DNA from: Candidatus Undinarchaeota archaeon
GTDB lineage: Archaea; SpSt-1190; JASMDC01
NCBI GenBank assembly: GCA_964519305.1
Contig: CAZFHY010000007.1
Location: 32,001-96,000, forward strand
DNA length: 64,000 bases
Direction: 5' to 3'
The number at the start of each line of letters is the position of its first letter. The stretch's first letter is position 1. The notes beneath the pieces were generated by a model. It was not told where the DNA came from and searched no databases. It saw nothing but the letters and a program-made list of their open reading frames with translations. This document shows, in pieces, positions 20,378 through 30,300 of the stretch. The translations under genes were made by a program, and so were the position numbers.

Positions 20378-20781
20378 AGGTGGGGAAGCAACGACATCAC
20401 CGGTTACCAAAGGTGATTGATGAGGATGACGACAAGATCCAACCTGTTCTAGTCGAGGTGTTCTCGTCACCCACATGCCCTCACTGTCCACGTGCGGTGC
20501 GAACGGCAAAGAGGGTTGCTCGTACGTTCGGTACAAAGGTACGTTTCATCCATACCGACATAGGAATGGGTGCTGGATCACGAAGAGCGAAATCGTTCAA
20601 GGTCATGAGCGTTCCTACGATCCTCATCCACAGCCCCGAAGGGGAGGTCCTTGGACACAGAGGGAATCCTGAGGACAGCACACTTGAGAAGATGATACGC
20701 CAAGCACTTGGTGAGGCCGAGCCGATAGGATCATCAGATGGAATACTGACCCGTATCAAACGCACGATAATCGGCGACTAG
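20374..20781 (+). CDS. Thioredoxin/glutaredoxin-family protein
   Basis: VEVFSSPTCPHCP active site and cis-Pro motif VMSVPT. Confidence 0.88.
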   Translation: MKVGKQRHHRLPKVIDEDDDKIQPVLVEVFSSPTCPHCPRAVRTAKRVARTFGTKVRFIHTDIGMGAGSRRAKSFKVMSVPTILIHSPEGEVLGHRGNPEDSTLEKMIRQALGEAEPIGSSDGILTRIKRTIIGD

Positions 20782-20786
20782 CTTGC

Positions 20787-21128
20787 TTATACACGGACGC
20801 CCCTCTTGACCTCCATGATCTCCACGTGGTCAGGCTCGAAGGCTGCTTTTATCGCGGGGAGCGCACGGTATGGATCGAGACCACGGCACGTAAAGATATC
20901 GATAGCGGCATATTCGTGCTCAGGCCACGTATGGATCGATATGTGGGATTCCGCGATAATGGCGACGGCTGTCACTCCCTGAGGCGAGTACTTACGGGTC
21001 GTCATATCCATGAGCGTAGCACCGCAATCGTCCACGGCCTGACGGAGGGTCAGCTCTACATGTTCCATCGTATCCAGGTGCTTGCAGCCCCAGAGCTCGA
21101 TGAGTACATGAACGGCGAGGGCTTCCAC
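20787..21128 (-). CDS. speD: S-adenosylmethionine decarboxylase proenzyme (SpeD/SpeH family)
   Basis: PQGVTAVAIIAESHISIHTWPE pyruvoyl cleavage motif and DIFTC. Start set at GTG 21128 (VEALAVHVLIELWGC). Confidence 0.9.
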   Translation of the reverse strand: MEALAVHVLIELWGCKHLDTMEHVELTLRQAVDDCGATLMDMTTRKYSPQGVTAVAIIAESHISIHTWPEHEYAAIDIFTCRGLDPYRALPAIKAAFEPDHVEIMEVKRGVRV

Positions 21129-21165
21129 GGGTATATGAAGGACCGTAAAGGATAAAAACAAGCTC

Positions 21166-21435
21166 GTGGACTGTAAATCTGTGCTTACCGGAACGTTCGT
21201 TGACGAACTAGTCATCATCATACTCATACTGGCCGTGGTGTTTGGCCTTTCCACAGGCCAGATCCTTGTCATTCTCGAGATCACGCTCAAGTTCTTTGCT
21301 GTCTTTGCCGTGATCTGGTTGACCTATTCGTTCTTTGTCCTCGGCAGTTCCGAGGGCGATGAGGATGACGAGGGTTGGTGGGGTAAGCGACGTAAGAACG
21401 AGCAGGATCAAGGGGGCGTGGAGCACGTCAACTGA
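21166..21435 (+). CDS. Small membrane protein
   Basis: Two hydrophobic helices and a charged tail; start uncertain. Confidence 0.5.
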   Translation: MDCKSVLTGTFVDELVIIILILAVVFGLSTGQILVILEITLKFFAVFAVIWLTYSFFVLGSSEGDEDDEGWWGKRRKNEQDQGGVEHVN

Positions 21436-21613
21436 TACCTGTGCGGTCTGTAGTGCCCCTGTCAAAGAGCGCCGGGGAAAGGTACAGGGCACCTATGTCA
21501 AGATCCCTGGGAAGAAGAAGTACCTAATTGTCTGCTCAGGTTGTCAATCACGTCTACGGACAAGGGTCGGCGACCGTAACATAAAGTCCGAGGTTCTCGA
21601 GAGCCTTGATTGA
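21335..21613 (+). CDS. Small zinc-finger protein
   Basis: CAVC...CSGC pair; start uncertain. Confidence 0.5.
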   Translation: MSSAVPRAMRMTRVGGVSDVRTSRIKGAWSTSTDTCAVCSAPVKERRGKVQGTYVKIPGKKKYLIVCSGCQSRLRTRVGDRNIKSEVLESLD

Positions 21614-21804
21614 GCCCGCTTCAAATACTTGTGGTAGCCCAGTAATCGAATCCGCCCACGATTCGTAGGAGTGTTCTCTTGGTCGGATCGAGTGCAATAC
21701 GTGCGTGGGGACGTGAGATAACCACAGAACGCAAAGGCGATTGACACCCATCCGACATCCTTAAAACCTTGAGCATGTAGGTCGACGATGACGTACGGGG
21801 GCAC

Positions 21805-22572
21805 ATGACAATGGGTATGGTTGAAGGCGTGATCCAAGGGGAGACCATCACATATGAGATCGCTCGAAAGATCACCTCCCGGAACTGGTCACGTTTCTTC
21901 CTCTTTCTCTTCATAGGATTGGTCCTTCTGGGCGCGCGTGGTGTCCCTCAGCTTATCGGACTTGTGTTAGTCCTCCATTCCTTCACGAACCTCTGGGGTA
22001 CTCGGCGTGTGCCCATGGTCGTATGCACGGACCGTGCCTTCTATCTGCGCAACCGTGTCGAGGACGAGAAAATGCGTCGCATGTCCTACAAGCATCTGGC
22101 CGATTCGTTCCTCATCTCGCAACAAAAGGATAACAAGATCGTCCAGGTGGTCAATATCGTGACTGATTCGGGTGACCGCCTGTCCTTTACCAGTCATAAG
22201 ACCGAAACCGCGGCTGATGTAGTCTCATGCCTCAAAGCCAACATTAAGGCGGCCATGGGACGTCATAGGGTCGTTGAGAAGAAGATCATTGAGCGCGAAC
22301 GTATCATAGAGAAGGCGGCCACCACCCCGAAAGCAGGCGCTGGAAAGGGTTCAAACCGATGCTCCTACTGTGGTGCCACGTTCGTGCGAAAAATGTCCTC
22401 TTGTCCCCATTGTGGTGCGGACCTCACGAGCGATGATAGCAGCGGGAACGATGAGAAGGGAAAGGATGATGTCGAAACGAAGCTTATCAAGCTCCGCAAG
22501 CTACACGACAAGGGCCTTGTGAGCGATGAGAGCTTCAAGAAGAAGGAACAGCAACTCCTGGACAAGCTCTAG
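21805..22572 (+). CDS. Membrane protein with PH-like domain, zinc ribbon and SHOCT domain
   Basis: Two TM; VVCTDRAFYL; CSYCG..CPHCG; KLIKLRKLHDKGLVSDESFKKKEQQLL (SHOCT). Confidence 0.75.
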   Translation: MTMGMVEGVIQGETITYEIARKITSRNWSRFFLFLFIGLVLLGARGVPQLIGLVLVLHSFTNLWGTRRVPMVVCTDRAFYLRNRVEDEKMRRMSYKHLADSFLISQQKDNKIVQVVNIVTDSGDRLSFTSHKTETAADVVSCLKANIKAAMGRHRVVEKKIIERERIIEKAATTPKAGAGKGSNRCSYCGATFVRKMSSCPHCGADLTSDDSSGNDEKGKDDVETKLIKLRKLHDKGLVSDESFKKKEQQLLDKL

Positions 22573-22706
22573 AGTGACGTAATCGTCACAGAGATACCTA
22601 TCCTGCATAGGACCATCCTTGACCGTAAGGGGATTTCGAGCTGGTAGTATTATTTCCTAGTTAACGTCCTATAAGGGATTTGTGCCCCTCTTCGCCCTCC
22701 GCGACA

Positions 22707-22718
22707 ACTTTTTATACC
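22707..22718 (+). promoter_or_regulatory. TATA box of the + strand giant-protein operon (probably leaderless)
   Basis: ACTTTTTATACC about 24 nt upstream of ATG 22740. Confidence 0.6.
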
Positions 22719-22739
22719 TACGTGGGTTGGTTCTGTGCA

Positions 22740-25511
22740 ATGAGGCAGAGGTATGTTCTACTGTTGTTGATAACCCTCTCGCTCATCGCTCCGTTCGCCG
22801 GGGCGGTGGCCGCCGAGAGCATCCGCGAGGAGGTGACATTGACACGGCTAGACCGGTTGGAGGCGACCGTCGAGTTCATATTCTCGAAACGACAGATGGA
22901 CTCCATACAGGAAGAACACGTAAGGATGATCTGCAACCGGGCCCACTTCTCCTCATGCGATGCAGTTGTCGATAGGCTCCATAACGCCATCACGGTTACG
23001 GCCTCCATGCGACCTACAATCGTTATCGATACCGTTGAGGACGCAGGTGGAGGGAAGCTTCGTGCGGTCTTCGCTCATAGGTACGCACCTCTGCAGCATG
23101 TCCTGGCCACGCGAGTTAGTACCCAGAACACCCGCCTAACCATCCACTATCCTACCCATTCTTTCTCATTCGACAAGCCCGTGATGGAGGAAATGAGGAA
23201 CACCTTCACGATAACCTTCAATCACCAGCCCTTCCCGTTCGATTTCGGGACGGCCCTCGCGAGCTCGAACGAGGATCTGATCGTTGGCGATACCATAGAC
23301 ATCCCGGAGATGCACGGGGAATTGTGCTATTCTGCCCTATTTTTCGGTACGACGAAGGTATTCCATACGACAACCGTTGGTTGCCAGAAGATGTACCTGC
23401 CCAGCGGAGGTGCACCGACCGGAGTGGAGCCAGCTATCCATGTCCTCTCCTATTCAAAGGACAATGTACAGTATTCTACCTTCGGTCCGGAGGACGTTCC
23501 CATCGAGCCCTCTTCCATGGCCCTCGCCCTTTCGCTCGAGCAACGCGTGATCAAGCTCGGCCGTCCGGTCCGAATCGACATCACGACCGATGAGGAAGCC
23601 GAATGGTGTGAGGTGGTAATCATGGACAGCCTCCTTAATCCTCTTGGTACGGTTAGGTACGAATCTTGCGATGAGATCCTTGTGGGCACTAGGACGTCGT
23701 GGTTGCCCGGGCTCCATTATTTCAGGGTGACCGTTCACGCTGGTTCCAAGCATGCGTCCGCGTCCGAATCCGTTACGCTCGAACCTTCAGGTCATGAGGA
23801 GGGACCAGGATTCGATGTGGAGAAGGACGTGTTCACAGCAGGTGAGTCCGTGACCCTGCATTCATCCTTCCGTGGTAGGGGCCTCTACTGCACTACGCGT
23901 CTCTACGATCTCGAGTACAACCTGGTTTCAGAAGTGGACTCGTTCGGATGCGAACGCGCCACTGTAGACCTGGACGAGACACTAGCAGCAGGCAGTTATA
24001 TCATCAAGACCGATATGTACGAAAAGGGACGGCTAAAAGGATTCGAGTCCACCATCATCCAGATCAAGCCATGGAGCCCTCTTCCAGGTACGCTCATGGA
24101 GCGGTTATGCTCGGGTTCGTTCTTCAGGTTGGAGGACGAACGCATACCTTGCCTCGTACCTGGAAGGACATGTACACCGACCTCGCTCCAATTACCGCTG
24201 TGCCTGTGCTTTGACAAGAGCGGCAACGTAAAGGACAGTTGTAACTATGCGGATGTCTGTACAAAGGACGGTTGTCGCGAGCGTGCGATACCGCCCTACA
24301 CCGTTATCATGGACGGGACCAAGTGTGTTGCTAGGCGTGGAACACATGTACTGCCATGCGTCGGACCGGGAGAGCTCTGCTCAGGTTCGTGCTTATGCGT
24401 GGACAGGTTCCGATCACCGATCTCTACATGTAATGAGAACTCTCTATGCACACCGACCGGTTGTAGCGCACCAGAGATTGTGTTCGATGTCGAGGAAGTG
24501 GAGCCCGTCTCCGCACGTCGTTCGGATCTTGCGAACGGAATAGACATGACCTGGCACGGCGTGCTCAAATACCACGACCGTATCACGGCCGGAGAGGGAT
24601 TCACCGTCCGCTCGCGCCTCGGAGATGCTGATGAGAGCGCGACCATCGATGCATCGGGTGATGGACGAGTCACAGTTTACACACACCTGGCGACACAACT
24701 CAAGGAGGGGGAGACGGAAGCCTATCTCCTGTTCGAGAGAGAGGAGGCGAAGCTCCTTGTGAAACGACAGTTCTCGGTACAGTACGATGATCCGGGATTG
24801 CTGTTCGAGATCGTGGACGTTGAGCCGGAGGCGCTCGATGCTGAACGACTTCGTGGTGAGCAGTCGCTGCGTGTGCGTATGCGCGTGTATGACGAGCAAG
24901 GCCATGATGTAGTGTCACTCCCCATCTCGGCGTTCGATATGGTCGTCGACGGCGTGCTTGTCCGTTCGATCTCAGCGAAGTTCATCGACGACATGTGGAC
25001 CGTGGTCGGAACGCTCTGGGCGGAGGATCTCCCGCCGGGGCCGAGGCGACTGACATTGTCCGTGGACCACCTAGGACGATCGCGCAAGATCGAACGCAGC
25101 ATCGATGTGATGCGAAAGGCACCACTCGACGTGAGCATCATGAAGGTCGATCCGGGTACGAAACAAAAACCGCTCTTCCTCATGATCGTCGGTATCGGGT
25201 TCGATATGGATGTCTATGTTGAGCTACAAGGGTCCGAGAGCCTGAGCAAGAACGATGTGACCATTTCACTGAACAAGAAGGACATCTCCGATACGATCAC
25301 ATATATCGTGAGCACGGCCAAGGGGCCGAAGATACACCTCTCCAACGTCCGGCTCTGCCCCGACCATCCCCCTCGCCCGAACAGCGAGATACCGTTCGAG
25401 GTACAGATACGAACGGGAGATGAGACGGCCAGCGACAAGACCCGACTGGTCGTCCGGGGGAATCCCGGCGATTGGTCGAACCTGGGACAGACGGGGTGTG
25501 ATGCCCGATGA
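22740..25511 (+). CDS. Component A: secreted multi-Ig-like protein with duplicated central Cys-rich module
   Basis: Signal peptide MRQRYVLLLLITLSLIAPFAGAVAA; beta-rich Ig-like segments; paralog of 48357-51140 (shared GNPG-W-N C-terminus and PGT..PLF motif). Confidence 0.8.
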   Translation: MRQRYVLLLLITLSLIAPFAGAVAAESIREEVTLTRLDRLEATVEFIFSKRQMDSIQEEHVRMICNRAHFSSCDAVVDRLHNAITVTASMRPTIVIDTVEDAGGGKLRAVFAHRYAPLQHVLATRVSTQNTRLTIHYPTHSFSFDKPVMEEMRNTFTITFNHQPFPFDFGTALASSNEDLIVGDTIDIPEMHGELCYSALFFGTTKVFHTTTVGCQKMYLPSGGAPTGVEPAIHVLSYSKDNVQYSTFGPEDVPIEPSSMALALSLEQRVIKLGRPVRIDITTDEEAEWCEVVIMDSLLNPLGTVRYESCDEILVGTRTSWLPGLHYFRVTVHAGSKHASASESVTLEPSGHEEGPGFDVEKDVFTAGESVTLHSSFRGRGLYCTTRLYDLEYNLVSEVDSFGCERATVDLDETLAAGSYIIKTDMYEKGRLKGFESTIIQIKPWSPLPGTLMERLCSGSFFRLEDERIPCLVPGRTCTPTSLQLPLCLCFDKSGNVKDSCNYADVCTKDGCRERAIPPYTVIMDGTKCVARRGTHVLPCVGPGELCSGSCLCVDRFRSPISTCNENSLCTPTGCSAPEIVFDVEEVEPVSARRSDLANGIDMTWHGVLKYHDRITAGEGFTVRSRLGDADESATIDASGDGRVTVYTHLATQLKEGETEAYLLFEREEAKLLVKRQFSVQYDDPGLLFEIVDVEPEALDAERLRGEQSLRVRMRVYDEQGHDVVSLPISAFDMVVDGVLVRSISAKFIDDMWTVVGTLWAEDLPPGPRRLTLSVDHLGRSRKIERSIDVMRKAPLDVSIMKVDPGTKQKPLFLMIVGIGFDMDVYVELQGSESLSKNDVTISLNKKDISDTITYIVSTAKGPKIHLSNVRLCPDHPPRPNSEIPFEVQIRTGDETASDKTRLVVRGNPGDWSNLGQTGCDAR

Positions 25512-27346
25512 GCGCAGGGATCGAACGCCGTGGTCAGTTCACGCTCATAGGTCTTGCAGCAATCGCTCTCGTAGTGCTCATGATCGTCATGTTCACGCTC
25601 AAGGGGACCGAGGCCGATCGGGACCGTCGCATAACTGAGAGCGAAGCAATGGATATTTCGCGGGTCCTTGAGAAGGAGACCCGGTTCCTCGAGGGTGTTC
25701 TTGAAGATGCTGTTGCGTCCGCCGTGTTCGAGATGGGGCAGAACGGCGGGTACACGCTGGAGAACAGGCCCGGGCTCAAGCATATGGGCATCCCCTACCT
25801 GTTCTATCAGGGGCATGTCGTGAACGTACCCACGGTCACAGTCATGGAGGACATGCTCGCAGAGGAGGTCGAGCGTAGGGTCACCAACGCGATCGAGAAG
25901 CATAAGGTCCAGCTGCGAAAGGAGAAGCGTACCTATTCCTTCGGTCATCCCGTGGTAGGGGGCATCATCGAAGAGACCGGATGTCGTATCGATCTGAGCG
26001 TACCGATCGTGGTGGAGGCAGAGGACGGAACGATGCATGCATCATCCACGATCGAGTTCACCCACGTGAGCCCTCTGCGGATAGGTCATCTGCGTAAGCT
26101 GGCCGAGGAGTACGTCCAGAACTACAACCAGCTCCGTTTCATGGAGATGGGGATTCTGGCAGGTATCCGGGAGGACGCCCGTATCTGGGAACCTCCGGGA
26201 AGGCTCATGCACTCGGTATCTTGTGAGAATCCCCCATACAAGGGGAAAGATGAGATGGTGACGCCGTTCAGGGAGAACTGCCAGCTATCGGTGGCACGTG
26301 AGCTCAAGCGCATCCGTAACCTCTTCCGTGAGGACCGACATGTAGAGTGGAACCTCGACTTCAGGCCCACCGACACCGATTTCACCTTCGTGGCGGAGAA
26401 CGATAAATATGGGTACGAGACAGAGCGTATCTATCTAGTTCCTCAGATGCTCGCACCATTCTCACCACGGTCGGACGTATGCATCTCACACTACGAAGTG
26501 ACCTATGAGCTGAGCTGGCCGGTACTGGTATCACTTATCGACCTGCTTCCAACGGCGAAGGTCGTGGGCGGTTCGGGTTCCGCCCTTATCAAACCGCTAG
26601 AGTTCCAGTTCTATCTGGAACCGTATCTAGGGACCAACGAGGACGGGTCCGTGAACACACGTGCCGTTAACGAGTCCGTCGATGCTCCTTCACAGGTCGA
26701 TAGTAAATGCGCCGGTTCATGCAAGCTCGATCTGACGTTCACCAACTCGAACAACGGGCGGGTATGGCTCGATACATGCGCATTCTCCTACGACGGTAGC
26801 AAGCTGTACGAGGAAGAGGTCACCTGCGGTGTGCACACGCTGGTCGCAGCCGATGCCACTGACCCGACCCTTGGCAGGTTGATTAAGAGGGTGAACCTTC
26901 AGGACAAGCTCGAAGCGACCTACACGATCCCGCCTGCGATAACGGTGGAAGGGACCGTGTACGAAGAACAGCGGACCTACTGTGAGATGTCAGGTACCCT
27001 TACTTCACCGAACAACGTTCCGATCGTAGCCCGGGGTGGTGCACCTCCAGCTTACATCGAGGTACTGCTCATTCCATTAGAGATCGGACTGGGTGATGTG
27101 CAGTACGCTGCGGCCGATAATTCAGCACATTACTCGTTCCCGCAGGTGACACCTGGCGAGTACTGGCTCGTTGCCCGGTCCACTCCTGATGCGGACGGAC
27201 ATCCCCTCATCGCTGTGGACCCGGAAGGGAGGATAGTCAACATAAATGCTGACTCGCGAAGGATCGACGTAATCATGAAGCCGCTCCAGATCGCGTTCGT
27301 CCATGGCAAGTACGAGCGCGTCTCGGAGGTGAACGACGCGTGCTGA
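25508..27346 (+). CDS. Component B: large pilin-like protein with class III signal peptide
   Basis: ERRG/QFTLIGLAAIALVVLMIVMF; EMGQNGGY...IPYLFYQG..VNVPT motif; C-terminal beta domain (VTPGEYWLVAR); ATGA overlap with A. Confidence 0.8.
   Translation: MSAGIERRGQFTLIGLAAIALVVLMIVMFTLKGTEADRDRRITESEAMDISRVLEKETRFLEGVLEDAVASAVFEMGQNGGYTLENRPGLKHMGIPYLFYQGHVVNVPTVTVMEDMLAEEVERRVTNAIEKHKVQLRKEKRTYSFGHPVVGGIIEETGCRIDLSVPIVVEAEDGTMHASSTIEFTHVSPLRIGHLRKLAEEYVQNYNQLRFMEMGILAGIREDARIWEPPGRLMHSVSCENPPYKGKDEMVTPFRENCQLSVARELKRIRNLFREDRHVEWNLDFRPTDTDFTFVAENDKYGYETERIYLVPQMLAPFSPRSDVCISHYEVTYELSWPVLVSLIDLLPTAKVVGGSGSALIKPLEFQFYLEPYLGTNEDGSVNTRAVNESVDAPSQVDSKCAGSCKLDLTFTNSNNGRVWLDTCAFSYDGSKLYEEEVTCGVHTLVAADATDPTLGRLIKRVNLQDKLEATYTIPPAITVEGTVYEEQRTYCEMSGTLTSPNNVPIVARGGAPPAYIEVLLIPLEIGLGDVQYAAADNSAHYSFPQVTPGEYWLVARSTPDADGHPLIAVDPEGRIVNINADSRRIDVIMKPLQIAFVHGKYERVSEVNDAC
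27325..27332 (+). promoter_or_regulatory. Shine-Dalgarno for C1
   Basis: GGAGGTGA 7 nt before GTG 27340. Confidence 0.7.
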
Positions 27347-30300
27347 AAAGGCCTCATGGCCAAAAAAAGTATGCGTTGGTATTCGTACTACTGTTCATTA
27401 TAACGACCTCAGCCCAGGCAGGGCTCGTACCCATATCCGATAAGTACGCGGGTGGCGCAAAGAACATGTGCAAGACCTGCATACAGTGCGTGGATACCGA
27501 GGGGGAGGAGCAGAAGAGCTGTCTCATGGGCTGTCTCAAGGCGGGTGTCGACCTGCTGCTCGGACCACTGTGCGGTAAGATGTGCAAGGACAGCAAGATC
27601 TGCAACGGTCTGTGCGGTAACTGCATCCCATGCGCGTTCGAGAAAGGGGATGCGGCAGAGAAATGCCTTGTGAAGTGCGTTGGTGAAGCTCTCATCATAG
27701 GACCTATCTGTGGTAATGTATGCAATAAGACCGTGAGCCAGGACTGGATGAACGGTGCGGAGAAGTGCGAGGGTGCATGTACCGAGTGCGCTTCATGTGT
27801 GTTCGAGGAGGGTGGTGATGCCCAGGAGAAGTGCGCGCTCAACTGTGTCGTGAAGAACATCCTGCTCAATCCGCTCTGTGGAAAGGCCTGCTCGAAGGCC
27901 GGGGGCGATCCCAAGGGATGGGAAATATCGGAAAGTGACTCGGCAGAAGAGCAGGCGAAGAAGAAGGAGGCCGCAAAGGAAGGCGCCAAGGCGGTAGGGC
28001 AGTGCGAGTCCATCTGCACCACGGCCGTTGAATGTGCCCCCTGCGCCTTCAAGAACACTGGAAGGGAGAAGGCGGCCTGCGGAGTCTCATGCGTCGTCGG
28101 TAACTTCATATGCGAAAAGTCCTGTCGCAGTATATGCGATGATCCGAAAGCTTATCTGACCGAAGAGGAGAAGAAGGCTGAGAAGGACAAGAAAGGACCG
28201 AAGAAACCATCAATGACCGATTGCACGAGCAATTGTCTGTCTATCTGCGGCACCTGCAGTCAGTGCGCGAACCAGAAGACCGATTCGGGGCTGAAGGAGT
28301 GCCTTATCAGGGAGTGTGTAGGTAAGAACCTGATCAAGGTCGCATGCGAGAACCTCTTCGTGGGCCCCATGGTGCAGAAGTGCCTTGAGTGCGGGAAGTG
28401 TGCAGCAGAACCAAAGGAGCTCCGGTCCACGTGTCTGAAGGATTGTGTCGGTCGACAGCCGTTGGCCTTCGATATCTGCGAGACCGTGAGCTGTGATCCC
28501 ATCTGCTCGGGCCAGCGCACTGAGGAATGTCGGAAGAAGTGCGGCGGGAGCGACACGTGCGTGGACGTTTGCATCCAGGACTGCAAGGTCGAATGCCTGG
28601 ACCTATGCCATGCTTGCGGCCGGTGCGGTTTCGAGGGCACGAAGGAGGCCATGCACGAGTGCACGATACGATACTGTATTCGGCCATTCATGATGACGCC
28701 CATCTGCGAGGACTATTGCTCTGAAGTGATTAAGGGACTGCGGCCGGAGAACTGCATGGCCATATGCATGCAATGCGAGGATGCGATATTCTCTGTGGAT
28801 TGTGTGACCAGAAAGAGCCAGGTGCGACCTCTTCTTGTGCAATGCATGTTCCGTGACGTGTGCGATGAGCGATGCGACGAACACTTCGAGAACGTGCAGG
28901 AGGCGGACGAGTGCAAGGCCAACTGCGACAAGTGCAAGCACTGTGCGAACGAGGATGATTATAATGTCCAGAAACAGTGCATGGAGGACTGCTTCGGTTC
29001 CCTTTCGGTGAAGGCCGAGTGCTCGGACCTCTGCGTGGAGTGGGGCGTGGCCGCGGGCGACGCTACGCTCAGGTGTCGCACCCTTTGTGCGGCCTGCGTT
29101 CGATGCGATGGAGAGACCGATCCGGCGAAGAAGAAGAACTGCCTCCGCAACTGCACGATGACCCAGATGGAGGATTACTACGGCGAGCGGTGCGACAGTG
29201 TATGCCAGGACCAGGACGATGTGCCGACCTGTCGTGACAAGTGCATGAAGTGCGACAGCTGCCCCTTCGAGGGCGACGGTCAGAACATCACGTCATGTAT
29301 CCTGAACAAGTGCGTCGACTCCATCTCAGTGGCACGACCGATCTGTGAGGACGTGTGTGAGAACGAGCAGAACAAGGCCACATGTATTCAGGGCTGCGTC
29401 AAATGCCCCACATGCGTCGAGTACGATACACGACGCAAGCGCATTGACTGTTTCACCGAATGCATCGCACCGGACATCCTAGGTAGTCAATGCGACTCGC
29501 TCTGTATGGAGCGACCCAACGTCACCGGATGCAAGCAACGGTGCCGTAATTGTCACCTGTGCATGGACAAGACCGGTGACTCACGCTTTAGATGCCTCGA
29601 ACGATGTGCGGACCGGGGACAACTCCGCTCTTCGTGCGAAGGTCATTGCGAGACGGCCAAAGACCCGGTCTATTGTCAGAGCGCGTGCATGACCTGTCCC
29701 CAGTGCGACAAGCTCGAGGGCACGGAGCTTGACTCGTGCATACAGGAATGCACTGGGATAGTCACCCGACAGATGCTATTCGACACGTGTGATGACCTGT
29801 GCGCATCTTACCAAGATCCGGATCGCTGCAAGGCAGCATGCGACGAGTGCACAGATTGCGACATGGGTGCCGGACAGTACGATTGCCTGCAGGATTGCGT
29901 GGATGCGACGGACCCGGGTCTGGACTTCTCTGATAAGGAGAAGGAACGGCGTGAAAAGCTCAAGAAAGGATTGCTATCCGGTGTTTGCGACCTCATGTTC
30001 GGCAATATCTGGGACATGTTCTCCTGTGACCTGGTATGCGCGATGGGTGGTCCTTGCCCGATCCCTGACCAAAGATATCTTCTAAAGTGCCCCGAGACAG
30101 CTCAGGAGAACCTCTACCTCTACTACTCTGACCTTATCACATACTTCGAGAACGTAGCTGAGTTCTACGCGAATATCGAGGCGGCCCTGGACGCCATACT
30201 CTTGGGTACGGCGGGGATGTGCGGTATGTGCAACTATCAGCTGGCCATGATACAGGGGGCGTACAGCACGTGTAGCGGCGTCTGGAATCCCACGCCCTTC

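Noticed and set aside
20374-20781. Thioredoxin as the dedicated disulfide catalyst for the Cys-rich locus
   Set aside because: No export signal; it is coupled to the antiporter rather than to the locus.
27356-27369. A7 tract after an out-of-frame ATG as a phase-variation switch for C1
   Set aside because: An in-frame GTG at 27340 with a perfect GGAGGTGA RBS explains the start without slippage.
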